This document shows, piece after piece, positions 13,343-24,784 of a stretch of DNA of 64,000 nucleotides (positions within the stretch are counted from its first letter, which is position 1; each line of letters opens with the position of its first letter). Position numbers and translations under genes: made by a program. The stretch is taken from contig OZ316893.1 in assembly GCA_973895155.1 (NCBI GenBank), positions 13,346,359 to 13,410,358 on the forward strand, given 5' to 3'. This DNA is from Marsupella aquatica (taxonomy: Eukaryota; Plantae; Marchantiophyta). The notes below the pieces were generated by a model that worked only from the letters and a program-made list of their open reading frames with translations, was not told where the DNA came from and did not search any database.

Positions 13343-15830
13343 CACTAGTAGAAACCGAGGTGTTTTATGACTAAGTTTTACGACTGCCCATGACTCCTTG
13401 TGACTAAAGTTTGGGGGGTATCAAGCCAGTTGTAATTTTAACATAGAGTCTTATTTAAAGTGACTGAAATCGAGTGGTCAGCTATGTGACTAGGGTTTAA
13501 GACACATTTTTTGACTAATAATGACCAAATCCGTACTTGGGCATTTTGGGATGAGGAGAAGGTTTAATCTTACAAATGACTGCAAAGTAGTCATTTTCAT
13601 GACTCAAAATGAGGTATGAATTAGTCACAAACAGTCAGTGAGGAAGCGTAGCCTTTCGCATATATGATTGGTGCTATGGTTCAATATCGGAACACAGGCG
13701 ACTGATTATGACTAGTTGGTCTTAAAAGTTTAGAGTAAATGGTCACATTTGTGACCAATGATGACTATAGATAGTTCATGACTTTTAAAAATTGCAAGAT
13801 TGGGCTAGACTGGTTAGTCTTATTGGGGACCACGATGTAATATATCACGGTCATATCTTAATGACCCAAAATGACTCATTAGTCTAGTTCACGACCGCAT
13901 TCTTTGACCCTTTTGGTCAAAATTTTGACTCGACCTGAGGCAATTGCAGCCTGCACATAGGACTAGAACCATGACTAATAATCAACTCAAGCATACATTC
14001 AAGCACTCAAGCATACAAGTACACAAGTCTTACATGAAAACATGAGAGACAACATAGTTCTATTCGAATCTTAGAACTCATATTAACTATTGAACACACA
14101 TGCATAATTTCATACAAACAAAGTTGTCACAACATGATCAGTGGATGATCCAATGAATCTCAATTGAACTCTGCATTATGAAATATCTTGGTAACATTTG
14201 GCACCGATCATGCATCTGTTTTTAAGTATCAAAAACTACAAACCACACATTTCAGGTGTCCCTATGTAATCTGTTGGCCACAACACCAAAGAGTTCAAAG
14301 CATCTGCAATAGTTGTCTGTGGCGGGTCATCATTCAAATTAGGAACTGGTAAAGGGGTCTTTGGCTTCACAAGCTTTGTCAACAACACTACAAAATACCC
14401 TGTTGGTACTTCTTTGCAATGGAATGTAATCTGCTCAGGGCGCAACTTTCCATACCCTACACACAACTCATCTTGTTGTGGTGAGAACAATACATACTCA
14501 GGATGTGCCTGAGTTTTCCATTCTGCATCAGCTTTACGCTTCTTTATCGCTGTCACTCTACCACTTGCCCTGGCCTGACTCTTCACCTTCCGAATAGGTC
14601 CCCCAGCAGCTGAAAGTTCTACTTCTACTCCAGCGTCCATGGTCACACCCTGTATGTCACTTGCCTGTGATGGAATTTGGGTCTCCACCTGGCCCACTCT
14701 TTCACATTCATTCTCACCGGCTTTGGCAACTTCTATGAACTCTTCATATGGATCCAAATTGGGGGTATTCAGTACATTGGTAACCTCTGCAATAACAAAA
14801 TAGCAAGTCAACAGCCTATGAGCATTTTTGCCTTATCTCCAATCATGGAAACATATAACAAAACACATTTTTTGCCTCATCTCCAATCATGGAAACATAT
14901 GAGAAACCTTACCTTCCACTGCTTGGGCCATGGTACCCTCCACATCCCTTTTTGTGGGCTCCACCTCTATTTGCTGTTCAATGTTACCCTCTTGATTCAT
15001 CAAATTGGAGTAATGTGGCAGGTCTCTAGAACCTCCATTCCATATTGCATTCATTATACATTTGTATTGGTCTTCTTGCACACGAATAAGCTTCTGAACA
15101 TCTTCCTTTAAAGCAGTCAACTCACTTGCCATTTCACTCAATTTCATGGTCACATCATTCTCATGAGACTCCATACATTTCACACAATCTGATAAATTGC
15201 TAAGAGAACATGATCCACCTCCCTACAAACACATATGTCCAACAGAGTCAATCCATTACACCTGGAAAATAATATATGGTCCCATTGTTCATGCAAACTA
15301 GGGAATGTGGACCTCAAAGAACACTATCTGGTATGAATACTCACTTGGTTTGAAGGATCACTCTGACCAGATTTCTGCTTTGTTTTCTTGCTTCAGCTCT
15401 CACCTCTTCTTTTGTAGGGGACTGTCCATTTTGTTTCTTCTGCATACATCATATTTTCACACATTATTTGCAAGGACACAAAAAAACTCAAATACACTGG
15501 AGAAGCTTGGTCTGCCCATCCAATGTTTATTCTTACCTTGACTTTCTGATGGAGCAGGACCACCCACTGAAGCAAAGATCCATGCATCTCTACCATCCGC
15601 AATGTTTGGCGAGGCATGGGGGCAGTCACTAGTGCACAAACAAACTCCGTAGTTCTGATGCGCAAGAGACCGTCTGCAACATTTAGTGAGGTGTGGGGGC
15701 AGGTGTTCAGTTCAAGTTGGACACTGTGTTTGAGATTTGACCCTAAAATGTTCTTGAATCATATGCCAATATCAATATTCAAACACCACAATATTTGAAC
15801 ACAATGCCCATTTTCAAACACAACGTCCTG
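13343..15830 (-). mobile_element. CACTA (En/Spm) element remnant: one terminus, subterminal repeats and TnpA-like coding exons
   Basis: A CACTAGTAGAAA terminus at 13343 is followed by about 600 bp dense in TGACT/AGTCA subterminal motifs. ORF 14236-14811 ends in FHCKEVPTGYFVVLL...PLPVPN...QTTIADALNSLVLWP, typical of a CACTA TnpA-associated domain. Further exon-like ORFs extend to about 15830. The matching TAGTG end was not found. Confidence 0.75.
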
Positions 15831-16423
15831 CAAATAAAAAATATGAAAACACATAGTCAAAACTCAAATACAACAATTTCATATTTCTCACTCATAACTC
15901 ATTAAAACAAATTGTGCTTGAAACCTTACAAACATTTTTGAAAGAGCCTTCCAACTAGCCAAACATTGACAAATTTTGTCAAGTACTAAGGAGGTCACAA
16001 ATTTCTGAATTTCTCTGTTGTTCCTTGAAGGTCTTGCAATGTCACCCTTTGAAAATTAATTCAGATTTCTCTCTCATCTCTCTACAACACCTAAGTCCTT
16101 TCTGGAAGTTTTTGGCTAAGCCCTTGAGTGTCAAATCTTGAAGTATGAAGTTCTGAAGTGACCTCAATCAATTCCATAAGGGAAGATATCTGTGGGGATG
16201 AAGAAAATGGTGAATGAACTAAATGACAAATATGTAAATGCATTCCATCTATAAGAGTAGTACACATGCGTTTATCACTTAGTGCAATTCACACATAAAA
16301 TGAGTTTATTGAGAATGAGTTTCATGCAGTGAGCAGGTTGCATTGTGCAGTATGAGGGCTTGAGTACAAGGAGTTCAATGTGTAGGACCTGATATCACAT
16401 ATGACAAAGAGCATAAGGGATTT

Positions 16424-16739
16424 TATTGCATGGTGGAACATGCGTTTGAGATAATCTTTATCCAAAACCACCATGCACATGTAAACACTATACAAAGTAG
16501 TCGACGTGCAGCAAGTACGTGGTTCACCTCGCGACTGAGGCTACGTCCACGGGAAAGCAAAAAACCTTTACTTCTCTCTTGCTCCACTCCAACAATGAAC
16601 TGAAGATCCACCAGGGGCTGACATCAGCCCTGGTTATATACAGCATGCATCACTGCTAACCTAAGCTAAGTCCTAACTTGAGTTAGCCTAACTGCGGTTA
16701 GCCCTAGAGTCACAAGACTAAGAGCAATACTCAGCAACA
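16424..16739 (-). mobile_element. Degenerate copia-type solo LTR
   Basis: The minus strand begins TGTTGCTGAGTATTGCTCTTAGTCTTGTGACTC, like the LTRs at 42059 and 47232. It carries the GTGGACGTAGCCT..GGTGAACCACGTA motif. The 3' end is degenerate and there is no convincing TSD. Confidence 0.65.
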
Positions 16740-16786
16740 TGCACATATTCATTTGAGAATTGCATAAATAATATCCCATGCACTTA

Positions 16787-17165
16787 GAGCATCTCCAACC
16801 CAACGGGGTTGTGCTTACTAGCTACAATAAGTACCCAGTCTAAATAGTCCTTTTTGCACTTAAGTTCACTATATAGTATCTATCATGACCAACTGAAAAC
16901 AGCCCAATCTTGACGGGGTTAATTCCCTAAACAATTGGTATCAACATCTGACAACCCAATTGTAGATTGAAATCTTCAAAATCCAGCAACAAACTTAGTA
17001 AGGAGCCAACTAGTATATATATAGATCCAATGACAAAAAAACCTTGTTCCTGAAAACCCAATAGCAACTGAGTGACTGAGTTGGACCTGACATTTTCCAT
17101 ATTCTTTATTGGTTTTGGTCAACATCATGTTATAGTAACAAAACCCTGTTGGGTTGGAGATGCTC
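16787..17165. mobile_element. Tourist/PIF-Harbinger-like MITE
   Basis: TIR GAGCATCTCCAACCCAAC...GTTGGGTTGGAGATGCTC is perfect for 18 bp and extends further with one mismatch. It is flanked by TTA on both sides. Confidence 0.85.
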
Positions 17166-17629
17166 TTAATACATAGTGCATACCCTGTAGAAGAGTACCC
17201 GGAAGAGTAGGCCTGGGGTTTTTTGGGGACACTTGCACTTAGACGCGGTAGACTATATTGCAATGTACCTGTGGACTAAGTTTGAACTTTCAAGCCTTCA
17301 AGGGACGATTTGATATCTGTATGGTGTCACCTTATTTGGAAGCCCACTCAAGTTACTTTGAAATTATTTTCACTTCCTTCTTAATGTTTCTAATTTTATT
17401 TCTGAGAGCCCCTCTTTAGATCCATATTTATTTTTCAATCCTTCCCATTATCTGTTAGATTTTGTTAATTTTATCCTTTTATTCAAGTTAGATTAATTCA
17501 TTTTCATATATTCATACACTATGGATACCTAGACCCTAAACTATGTCTTCTTAAGAGTGTGATGGAACCAAGGGGTGTGAGAAACAAACATTTCAAAAAA
17601 GCCAACTCATCCTTAGGTTTATGGTTTTG

Positions 17630-18050
17630 TGTTGGGTATTTACTCTTACGTCTAGGTTAGGTATGACGTGGTTGGTACAACAACGTGGGTTGGTACAACT
17701 ACGTGGTTAGGTACAACTACGTGATTAGGTACAACTATGTGGTTAGGTACAACTACGTGATTAGGTACAACTATGTGGTTAGGTACAACTAAGTTGCACA
17801 CTATATCATAAGAGGCATGTGTGCTTGGAGAGGTAGAACCAAGGCTCATTGTTATGGAGCCACTTGAGAGATAGGGAGAGCTTACACTGTGGAGACTCGG
17901 TATAGCCGACGGGCTTAGAGTTCAGTAAAGCTCTCTTGTGTGTTCCCGTGGATGTAGCCTCAAGGAGGTGAACCACGTATCTCTTGTGTCGACTATTGTG
18001 CGTTGGATGGTTCATGGGCTTGCCGTTGCGATCGTCGTCTATGCTCAACA
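17630..18050 (+). repeat. 5' LTR of the copia element, containing seven approximately 18-bp tandem units
   Basis: TGTTGGGTATT...ATGCTCAACA, with units like ACGTGGTTAGGTACAACT at about 17666-17789. Confidence 0.97.
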
Positions 18051-18756
18051 ATTGGTATCAGAGCATGCTTGGGAGGTGACGTGTGTTCGTGACGGGATTT
18101 CATGACGGTTTTTCCAGCGTTGAGTGTTGGTGGATTTTCCAGAGTTCCATCGCATGGAACTTGGAGTTTATGGGCTCAACGGATAGATCAGGGCAAGAGC
18201 TTTCTAACGGTGTGAAGAAATCATTGAACGGAGCTCGTGGTGCAAAGAGATCTAAGTTTTCGTCGTTCTGGATTTTGTGAAGAAAGTTGGCAATCGACTC
18301 GGAGGGAGAAGCGTCAAGTGTTTTGACTCAACGGAGAGATTGAGGCAAGACGATTGTTTTTGAGTCCGGGATTGGCTCTTTGATGCAAAGAGGAAGGCTA
18401 AGCAAAATCAATTACCTTGTTGGACTTGGTGACGGCACCAAGTGCAATTGATCAACATTCGTTGTTGACAAGTGAGGTCGTAGCCATTGAAGTTGGCAAT
18501 GCAGCGCACCAATCACATCGCAATTCCGACAACGGGTTGTACTTGGTATTTCGGTTATTCCCTGAGGTGGTCAAAACGGGGGAGTTTCCCAAGGTTTTAC
18601 CCACCTCGACCGAAATTTGAATAACTTTTCCGTCAAATTTCGATTTTGATTTTGGTTTTCAGTATTGGACTCCTAGCTTTGTGGGCTACGCGGCGGTGTT
18701 GAGTTTCGAGTTTTTTGAGAAGTTGTGAAAAACAACATTTTTTGTGACTTTCTCAT

Positions 18757-19791
18757 ATGAGTGATTCGGAGGAGTTTTTCGAAGACGTGGAACTTGAAGC
18801 ACGAGGATCACCGCGGAGGTTTCAGGGGCAGAGAGAGGAGCAGGAGGAAGAGCACGTGACACCGATACCATCACCGGTGCGGCGTGTGGTGGAGGAAGCA
18901 GTACTACTACCGGAGCTCACGGTAAAGAAGAAGATGGGGACTTTCAAGCTTGGGGGACCCAAGTATGAAGTGACAAAGTATGATGGGCGCTCTGACTACT
19001 TGCTATGGGAGAAGCAGGTGAAGGGAGTGCTTTATGCGTCAGGGATGGGCCAACTGCTGAGCCCTCGTGAAGACGATGTTGATGAGAAACAATGGGACCG
19101 CATGCAGGAGCAGGGAGTGTGGTGTGTTACACTCTATCTCATGCCTCCCATCATCAAGCAGTTAGGTGCACATAAGGATTGCATGTCCTTGTTTGCGGAA
19201 TTGCAGAGCAAGTATCACCGCAAGGAGTTGTCGAACCGGCTCTACACTTCCTACAAACTGATGAGTTTCAGGATGAAGGAATCTGGTACGAAGTTGCAAG
19301 ACCATGTGGATGCTTTCAACGACATGGTCGTTGACTTGGAAAACCTTGGGGAGACTTTGAATGATGAGACGAAGGCTCTGCAGCTTCTTAGTTCATTGCC
19401 TCCATCTTACCAGTCCCTATCACGAGTGTTGTTGCATCGTGATAGGGATACCATTTCATACAATGACGTGGTAAGTTCTCTGCTTAGTGATGATCTTCAG
19501 CAGAAGATGCACATCACGTCACAGCCTTCATCATCTGGTGCTGCCCTCAATGTTAACCGTGGGAGGAGTATGCAGCGACCAACTGGGGACCGTAGAACCC
19601 AGTTTAGATCTAAATCCAGATCTAAGTCCAAGGGTAAATCCCCTCAGAGGAGGCAGGTGACATGTTGGAAGTGCAACCAAGTTGGACACTTCAAGCGAGA
19701 CTGTAAGGGAAAGGCAACGGAAACTTCATCGGCAAATGTGGCTAGGGCTGATGGAGAAGCTGATTTACTCAATGATGAGTATGTTTTATGA
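18757..19791 (+). CDS. gag: Copia Gag (UBN2-type capsid region plus CCHC zinc knuckle)
   Basis: Contains KYDGRSDYLLWEKQVKGVL, LQLLSSLPPSY and CWKCNQVGHFKRDC; ends at TGA 19789-19791. Confidence 0.93.
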   Translation: MSDSEEFFEDVELEARGSPRRFQGQREEQEEEHVTPIPSPVRRVVEEAVLLPELTVKKKMGTFKLGGPKYEVTKYDGRSDYLLWEKQVKGVLYASGMGQLLSPREDDVDEKQWDRMQEQGVWCVTLYLMPPIIKQLGAHKDCMSLFAELQSKYHRKELSNRLYTSYKLMSFRMKESGTKLQDHVDAFNDMVVDLENLGETLNDETKALQLLSSLPPSYQSLSRVLLHRDRDTISYNDVVSSLLSDDLQQKMHITSQPSSSGAALNVNRGRSMQRPTGDRRTQFRSKSRSKSKGKSPQRRQVTCWKCNQVGHFKRDCKGKATETSSANVARADGEADLLNDEYVL

Positions 19792-22700
19792 AGCCGGGGG
19801 TATGCCCTGTGCACGTCATCTAGGAGAGCAGATGATGTGTGGATTCTTGATTGTGCTTGCTCTTTTCATATTTGTTACATTCGTGAGTTTTTCAGTTCTT
19901 ACTCTGTTTCAAACGGTTCAGTTCTGATGGGAAATGATCACTCCTGTCAAATTGAGGGAATTGGGTCTGTGAAGATTCAAATGTTTGATGGCGCTGTGCG
20001 CACAGTGTCCGGAGTCAGGTATGTACCTGGCATGCGTAAGAATCTGATTTCACTCGGTGTGTTGGATTCAAATGGTCATCAATGGAGCGTTATTGATGGT
20101 GAACTTCAAGTCAGGTCGGGAGAGACAGTGATTTTGAAGGGGAGTAGACAAAAGAATTTGTATGTGTTACAGGGCAATACTGTATGTGGAGAGGCCAATG
20201 TAACCAAGTCTCACGAGGAGATGACTCAACTGTGGCATTCACGGCTAGGCCACATGAGTGAGAAGGGTTTGGCTATCTTACGGAAGAATGGACTCATTTC
20301 TGATTTGCAATCTTGTAAATTAGAGTTTTGTGAGCATTGCATTCTTGGAAAGCAGCATCGTCGTGCTTTTGGTGTTGGAACTCATCGTTCCAAAGCGGTT
20401 CTTGAGTACTTACATAGTGACGTGTGGGGTCCATCCCCGACTCCCTCACACTCTGGAAAGTTGTACTATGTATCATTTATTGATGATTACTCAAGATTTG
20501 TGTGGATTTATTTCATGACGCATAAGTCTGATGTCTTGTCCATTTTTAAGAAGTGGAAGGCCCAGGTGGAGAATCAGACTGGAAACACGATCAAGTGTTT
20601 GGATACAAGGGTGAAGAGTCTGAGGTCAGACAACGGCGGGGAGTACACTTCAATGGAATTTGAAGAGCACTGTTCAGAACAGGGGATAACTCGCCATCTC
20701 ACCACAGTTTATACTCCGCAGCAGAATGGTGTCGCTGAGAGGCTCAATCGGACACTGTTGGAGCGGTCACGGAGTATGTTGAGCCAATCAGGTTTACCAC
20801 AAGAATTTTGGGCAGAAGCTGTCAATACCGCAGCTTATTTGGTAAATCTTTCTCCTTCTAGTGCTATCAATTTCAAAACGCCGTTTGAGATGCGCTATAA
20901 GCGGCAAGCAGACTATCATGGCTTGGTAATTTTTGGAAGTGATGCATATGCTCTCACACCAAAGCAGAATAGGACCAAGTTGGATCCTACCTCCAGGAAA
21001 TGTGTTTTTCTTGGGTACCAGAGTGGTGTGAAAGCCTATAGGCTATGGGATCCTATTGCCTGTAAGCTCGTTGTCAGTAGGGATGTTTCCTTCAATGAAT
21101 CCAGATTATTGAAGGAGGGGGAGAATACTCAGGTCTCCCGTACTGACAAAGGAAAATCTCCTATCCCGGATCTCGTTGAGGGGGAGATTGGTTATGAGGT
21201 GCATGACCGGAGAGAAGGAGTTGCTCCAATTATGGAGCTGGTTCCTATGCCAGAGGAACCAGAGGAACCAGAGGAGTTTGTTGATGCTGGTGAGCAACAA
21301 GTGGATGCTGTTGAGCTTCAAATTGTACCAGCACACGCAGATCAACCGGAGTCATCGGCTAGAAGAACATCTGGTCGCACTGTACGCGCTCCATCAAGGT
21401 ATGGACAGTGGGTTGATTCATCTCAACTGCAAGAGGATGATTTTACAGCTGATGATGAGGGTGATGCGTTAATTTTGGAAGAAGGAGAACCTTCTTCATT
21501 TCATGAGGCAAGTGCTTCAAAAGAGAAGCAGAAGTGGACTGCAGCAATGCAAACGGAGATGCAGTCACTAAAGGACAACAAAACTTGGGAGCTTGTTAAG
21601 CTGCCTAAGGGTCAGCAAGTGGTGGACAGCAAGTGGATTTACAAGCTGAAGGATAATTCCATAGGAGGTGGATCGAAGGTCTACAAGGCTAGATTGGTAG
21701 CAAAGGGATTCACACAAGAGAAAGGTGTGGATTACAATGAGGTCTTCTCACCAGTTGCTAAGTACTCTACAATACGACTATTGTGTGTACTTGTTGTAAT
21801 GTTTGGTCTGCTCCTAGATCAGATGGATGTTGTCACAGCTTTCCTCTATGGCACATTGGAAGAGGTGATCTTCATGAGACAACCGCTAGGTTTTGTGAAG
21901 AGAGGACAGGAGGAATTGGTTTGCAGATTGTTGAAATCCTTGTATGGGTTGAAGCAGTCACCAAGACAGTGGAACAAGCGGTTTGACGATTGGATTCGGT
22001 CACAAGGTTTTCACAGAAGTGTATTTGACCCTTGTGTGTATTTGAAACCGGTGAAGAATGTTGTCTTTGGGTTCATTATTTTAGTACTTTATGTGGATGA
22101 CATGCTAATTGCAGCCAATGATAGGTCTGAGATTGTTAAGCTCAAGGCACTGCTTAGTGCAGAGTTTAAGATGAAGGACTTAGGGCCAGCTAAGAGGATT
22201 TTGGGTATGGAGATCACTAGGGACTTGGAGGCTGGCAAGCTATGGTTGACGCAGAGCAGTTATGCGAGGAAGGTAATTGCAAGGTTCAACATGGAGAATA
22301 GCAAGCCAGTAAGTACCCCGTTGGCTCCACACTTCAAGTTATCATCAGCGTTCTGTCCTACGGATGACACAGAGAAGGGGTTGATGTCAAAGGTTCCATA
22401 TGACAAGGCAGTGGGGAGTCTCATGTATTTGATGACTTGCACTAGACCTGATCTTGCCATGGCTATGGGCAAGGTGAGCAGGTACATGTCGAATCCAGGG
22501 AAGGTACACTGGGAAGCAGTGAAGTGGATTATCAGGTACTTGAAGGGTACTGTGGATCATGGTCTTTTATTTGATGCGAATGCAAAGAATGCTAGATCAT
22601 TGATTGGCTATGTAGATTCTGACTATGGACAAGATTTGGACCGAAGGAGATCAACAACAGGATACGTGTTCACACTTGGCGGTGGATGCATAAGTTGGAG

Positions 22701-23073
22701 GTCTACTTTGCAGAAGTGTATTGCTCAGTCTACTACAGAAGCGGAGTATGTTGCAGCTGCGGAAGCAGCAAAGGAAGCGATTTGGTTGGATAGACTTATC
22801 ACTGAAATGGGATTGCCACAGGGGAATGTGAAGCTCCATTGTGATAGTCAAAGTGCGCTCCACCTTGCTGTGAACCAGGTGATGGACAGCAGAGTGAAGC
22901 ACATTGACGTCAGGTACCATTTTATCAGGCAGGCTGTGTCTGATAATTTGTTTGAGCTAGTCAAGATTGATGGTAAACTCAACCCGGCTGACGCATTTAC
23001 CAAAGTGATTCCTTTGGAGAGTTTCTCTAGACACCGTGACGTATTGCAGGTTTTGCAATTGCATCACAAGTAG
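19792..23073 (+). CDS. pol: Copia Pol (protease, GAG-pre-integrase, integrase, RT, RNase H), in frame with gag after the TGA
   Basis: Contains WILDCACSFH (PR), WHSRLGH..CEHC, HSDVWG/FIDDYSR/LRSDNGGEY/PQQNGVAER (IN), YKARLVAKG/QMDVVTAFL/LYVDDML (RT) and DSDY/STTEAEY/CDSQSA/KHIDVRYH/ADAFTK (RH). Confidence 0.96.
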   Translation, partial: SRGYALCTSSRRADDVWILDCACSFHICYIREFFSSYSVSNGSVLMGNDHSCQIEGIGSVKIQMFDGAVRTVSGVRYVPGMRKNLISLGVLDSNGHQWSVIDGELQVRSGETVILKGSRQKNLYVLQGNTVCGEANVTKSHEEMTQLWHSRLGHMSEKGLAILRKNGLISDLQSCKLEFCEHCILGKQHRRAFGVGTHRSKAVLEYLHSDVWGPSPTPSHSGKLYYVSFIDDYSRFVWIYFMTHKSDVLSIFKKWKAQVENQTGNTIKCLDTRVKSLRSDNGGEYTSMEFEEHCSEQGITRHLTTVYTPQQNGVAERLNRTLLERSRSMLSQSGLPQEFWAEAVNTAAYLVNLSPSSAINFKTPFEMRYKRQADYHGLVIFGSDAYALTPKQNRTKLDPTSRKCVFLGYQSGVKAYRLWDPIACKLVVSRDVSFNESRLLKEGENTQVSRTDKGKSPIPDLVEGEIGYEVHDRREGVAPIMELVPMPEEPEEPEEFVDAGEQQVDAVELQIVPAHADQPESSARRTSGRTVRAPSRYGQWVDSSQLQEDDFTADDEGDALILEEGEPSSFHEASASKEKQKWTAAMQTEMQSLKDNKTWELVKLPKGQQVVDSKWIYKLKDNSIGGGSKVYKARLVAKGFTQEKGVDYNEVFSPVAKYSTIRLLCVLVVMFGLLLDQMDVVTAFLYGTLEEVIFMRQPLGFVKRGQEELVCRLLKSLYGLKQSPRQWNKRFDDWIRSQGFHRSVFDPCVYLKPVKNVVFGFIILVLYVDDMLIAANDRSEIVKLKALLSAEFKMKDLGPAKRILGMEITRDLEAGKLWLTQSSYARKVIARFNMENSKPVSTPLAPHFKLSSAFCPTDDTEKGLMSKVPYDKAVGSLMYLMTCTRPDLAMAMGKVSRYMSNPGKVHWEAVKWIIRYLKGTVDHGLLFDANAKNARSLIGYVDSDYGQDLDRRRSTTGYVFTLGGGCISWRSTLQKCIAQSTTEAEYVAAAEAAKEAIWLDRLITEMGLPQGNVKLHCDSQSALHLAVNQVMDSRVKHIDVRYHFIRQAVSDNLFELVKIDGKLNPADAFTKVIPLESFSRHRDVLQVLQLHHK

Positions 23074-23264
23074 AGTTTTCTTAAACATTCATTGTAATTA
23101 CTGATATATGCTCTTCCTCATTCCTATGTATTAGGCTACGGCTTAGTTCTGGTTTGCTCTAGTTAGAGAGGGAAACCGGTTTGGTTTCTGTCCAGAACTT
23201 CCCGCTGAGGGATCATATACATTGGCAGTATTACTCTCCCCTAGACCAGAGTCAAGGGGAAGAT

Positions 23265-23685
23265 TGTTGGGTATTTACTCTTACGTCTAGGTTAGGTATG
23301 ACGTGGTTGGTACAACAACGTGGGTTGGTACAACTACGTGGTTAGGTACAACTACGTGATTAGGTACAACTATGTGGTTAGGTACAACTACGTGATTAGG
23401 TACAACTATGTGGTTAGGTACAACTAAGTTGCACACTATATCATAAGAGGCATGTGTGCTTGGAGAGGTAGAACCAAGGCTCATTGTTATGGAGCCACTT
23501 GAGAGATAGGGAGAGCTTACACTGTGGAGACTCGGTATAGCCGACGGGCTTAGAGTTCAGTAAAGCTCTCTTGTGTGTTCCCGTGGATGTAGCCTCAAGG
23601 AGGTGAACCACGTATCTCTTGTGTCGACTATTGTGCGTTGGATGGTTCATGGGCTTGCCGTTGCGATCGTCGTCTATGCTCAACA
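23265..23685 (+). repeat. 3' LTR of the copia element
   Basis: Matches the 5' LTR; the two ORF-track peptides derived from each LTR are identical. Confidence 0.97.
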
Positions 23686-24784
23686 TTTTGAAGGACTTAC
23701 ATGTAGCTGACCTAAGTCATTATAAGAAAAACATGAGAGGCCCACCATTTTTGAAAAGGGATTCACAATAGTCTAGAAGCTAAACAAGTGTCTACTACAA
23801 AAATGAAGTGCGTGGATATTAGTCAGGCCAACACTTTATAAAAGGAATAAGTAGTGAGAAGGACACTTAGTAGAGGAGTAAGCAGCAAGGACGACACTTG
23901 TAAAGGAAAAAGTATTGTTACACAAGTGCCAAGTCACCCAAAACTAATTTATTTTGCAAGATTACTAAAAAATTCATCCAAACTCTAAAGGAGATTGATT
24001 AATTCTTCTTCTGAACATGATAATCTATTTGAGCCTAAAACACTACAAGACCAACTATTTCTCTTTCTTGTCCAATCCTCACACTTTTTAGGTATATTAA
24101 CTAATATTTATTCCTCACTTATCTACACTCTTTGTTGTAATGAGTGTTATGCAAGAACTAGTGTCACTGCAAAATTAATCCGTGAACCCCCATGTTCATC
24201 CAAAGAATGTGTATGTGTGTGATGAAGTGAAATCAATTTTCAGCAAGGTGGTAATCGATGGTTTTGAGTCTCCTGGTAGTCTTGGTTAAGATGATCTCTC
24301 TGGTTGATCACACAAAAAGTTGAATGTGGAGGAATTGAGTTTTTTTACGGTTTTCACTTACACATTGGAGAATTGTGTTTCTACCATTCATGATTGATTG
24401 TTTGTGAGTTATGTTGAGCATTACTGCCACAAGATAGACTAGAGGACTACACTCAACTGTTGGCAAAAGAGCGCTTGTTGTTTTGGTGGGAAGAACACAC
24501 AAAATGGACGAGCCATCACTGCACATGAGGGCTTTGTAGTTTTTTTATTTGAAAAAGCTATGGTGTGAGGGGGAGACCAGTGATTGTTTCTTTGACATAG
24601 AGGCTGCATTTGGCATCAACCTGTGTTCAGAGTGAGCTTTGGTTGAAGATTGGAGGGATGCAAACAATTCACGTCGGGAAGCAAGCATTGCGGACAAGCG
24701 ATGGCAACGTAATCAAAGAAATCAATTTGCAGCGGCTAAGTTTGTGACGGTGACAAGATTGTGACATCTCTTACTCAAGACAGG

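Larger units (their letters stand above)
17630..23685 (+). mobile_element. Full-length young Ty1/copia LTR retrotransposon
   Basis: TG...CA LTRs at 17630-18050 and 23265-23685 are both 421 bp, with no difference seen. TSD is TTTTG. PBS TGGTATCAGAGC (tRNA-iMet) lies at 18053 and PPT AAGGGGAAGA lies before the 3' LTR. Domain order is gag-PR-IN-RT-RH. Confidence 0.98.

Noticed and set aside
16278-16290. TAGTG+CAA as the other CACTA end (also near 28590 and 44678)
   Set aside because: The upstream bases do not complement the CACTAGTAGAAA terminus and there are no subterminal repeats.
16474-16745. Apparent 6-bp TSD (TGCACA) defining a shorter solo LTR
   Set aside because: ACATGTGCATGG is internal to the related LTR at 47232-47562, so the match is probably coincidental.
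17652-17849. ORF with VVPNH repeats (also at 23287-23484)
   Set aside because: Antisense translation of the 18-bp LTR tandem repeat.
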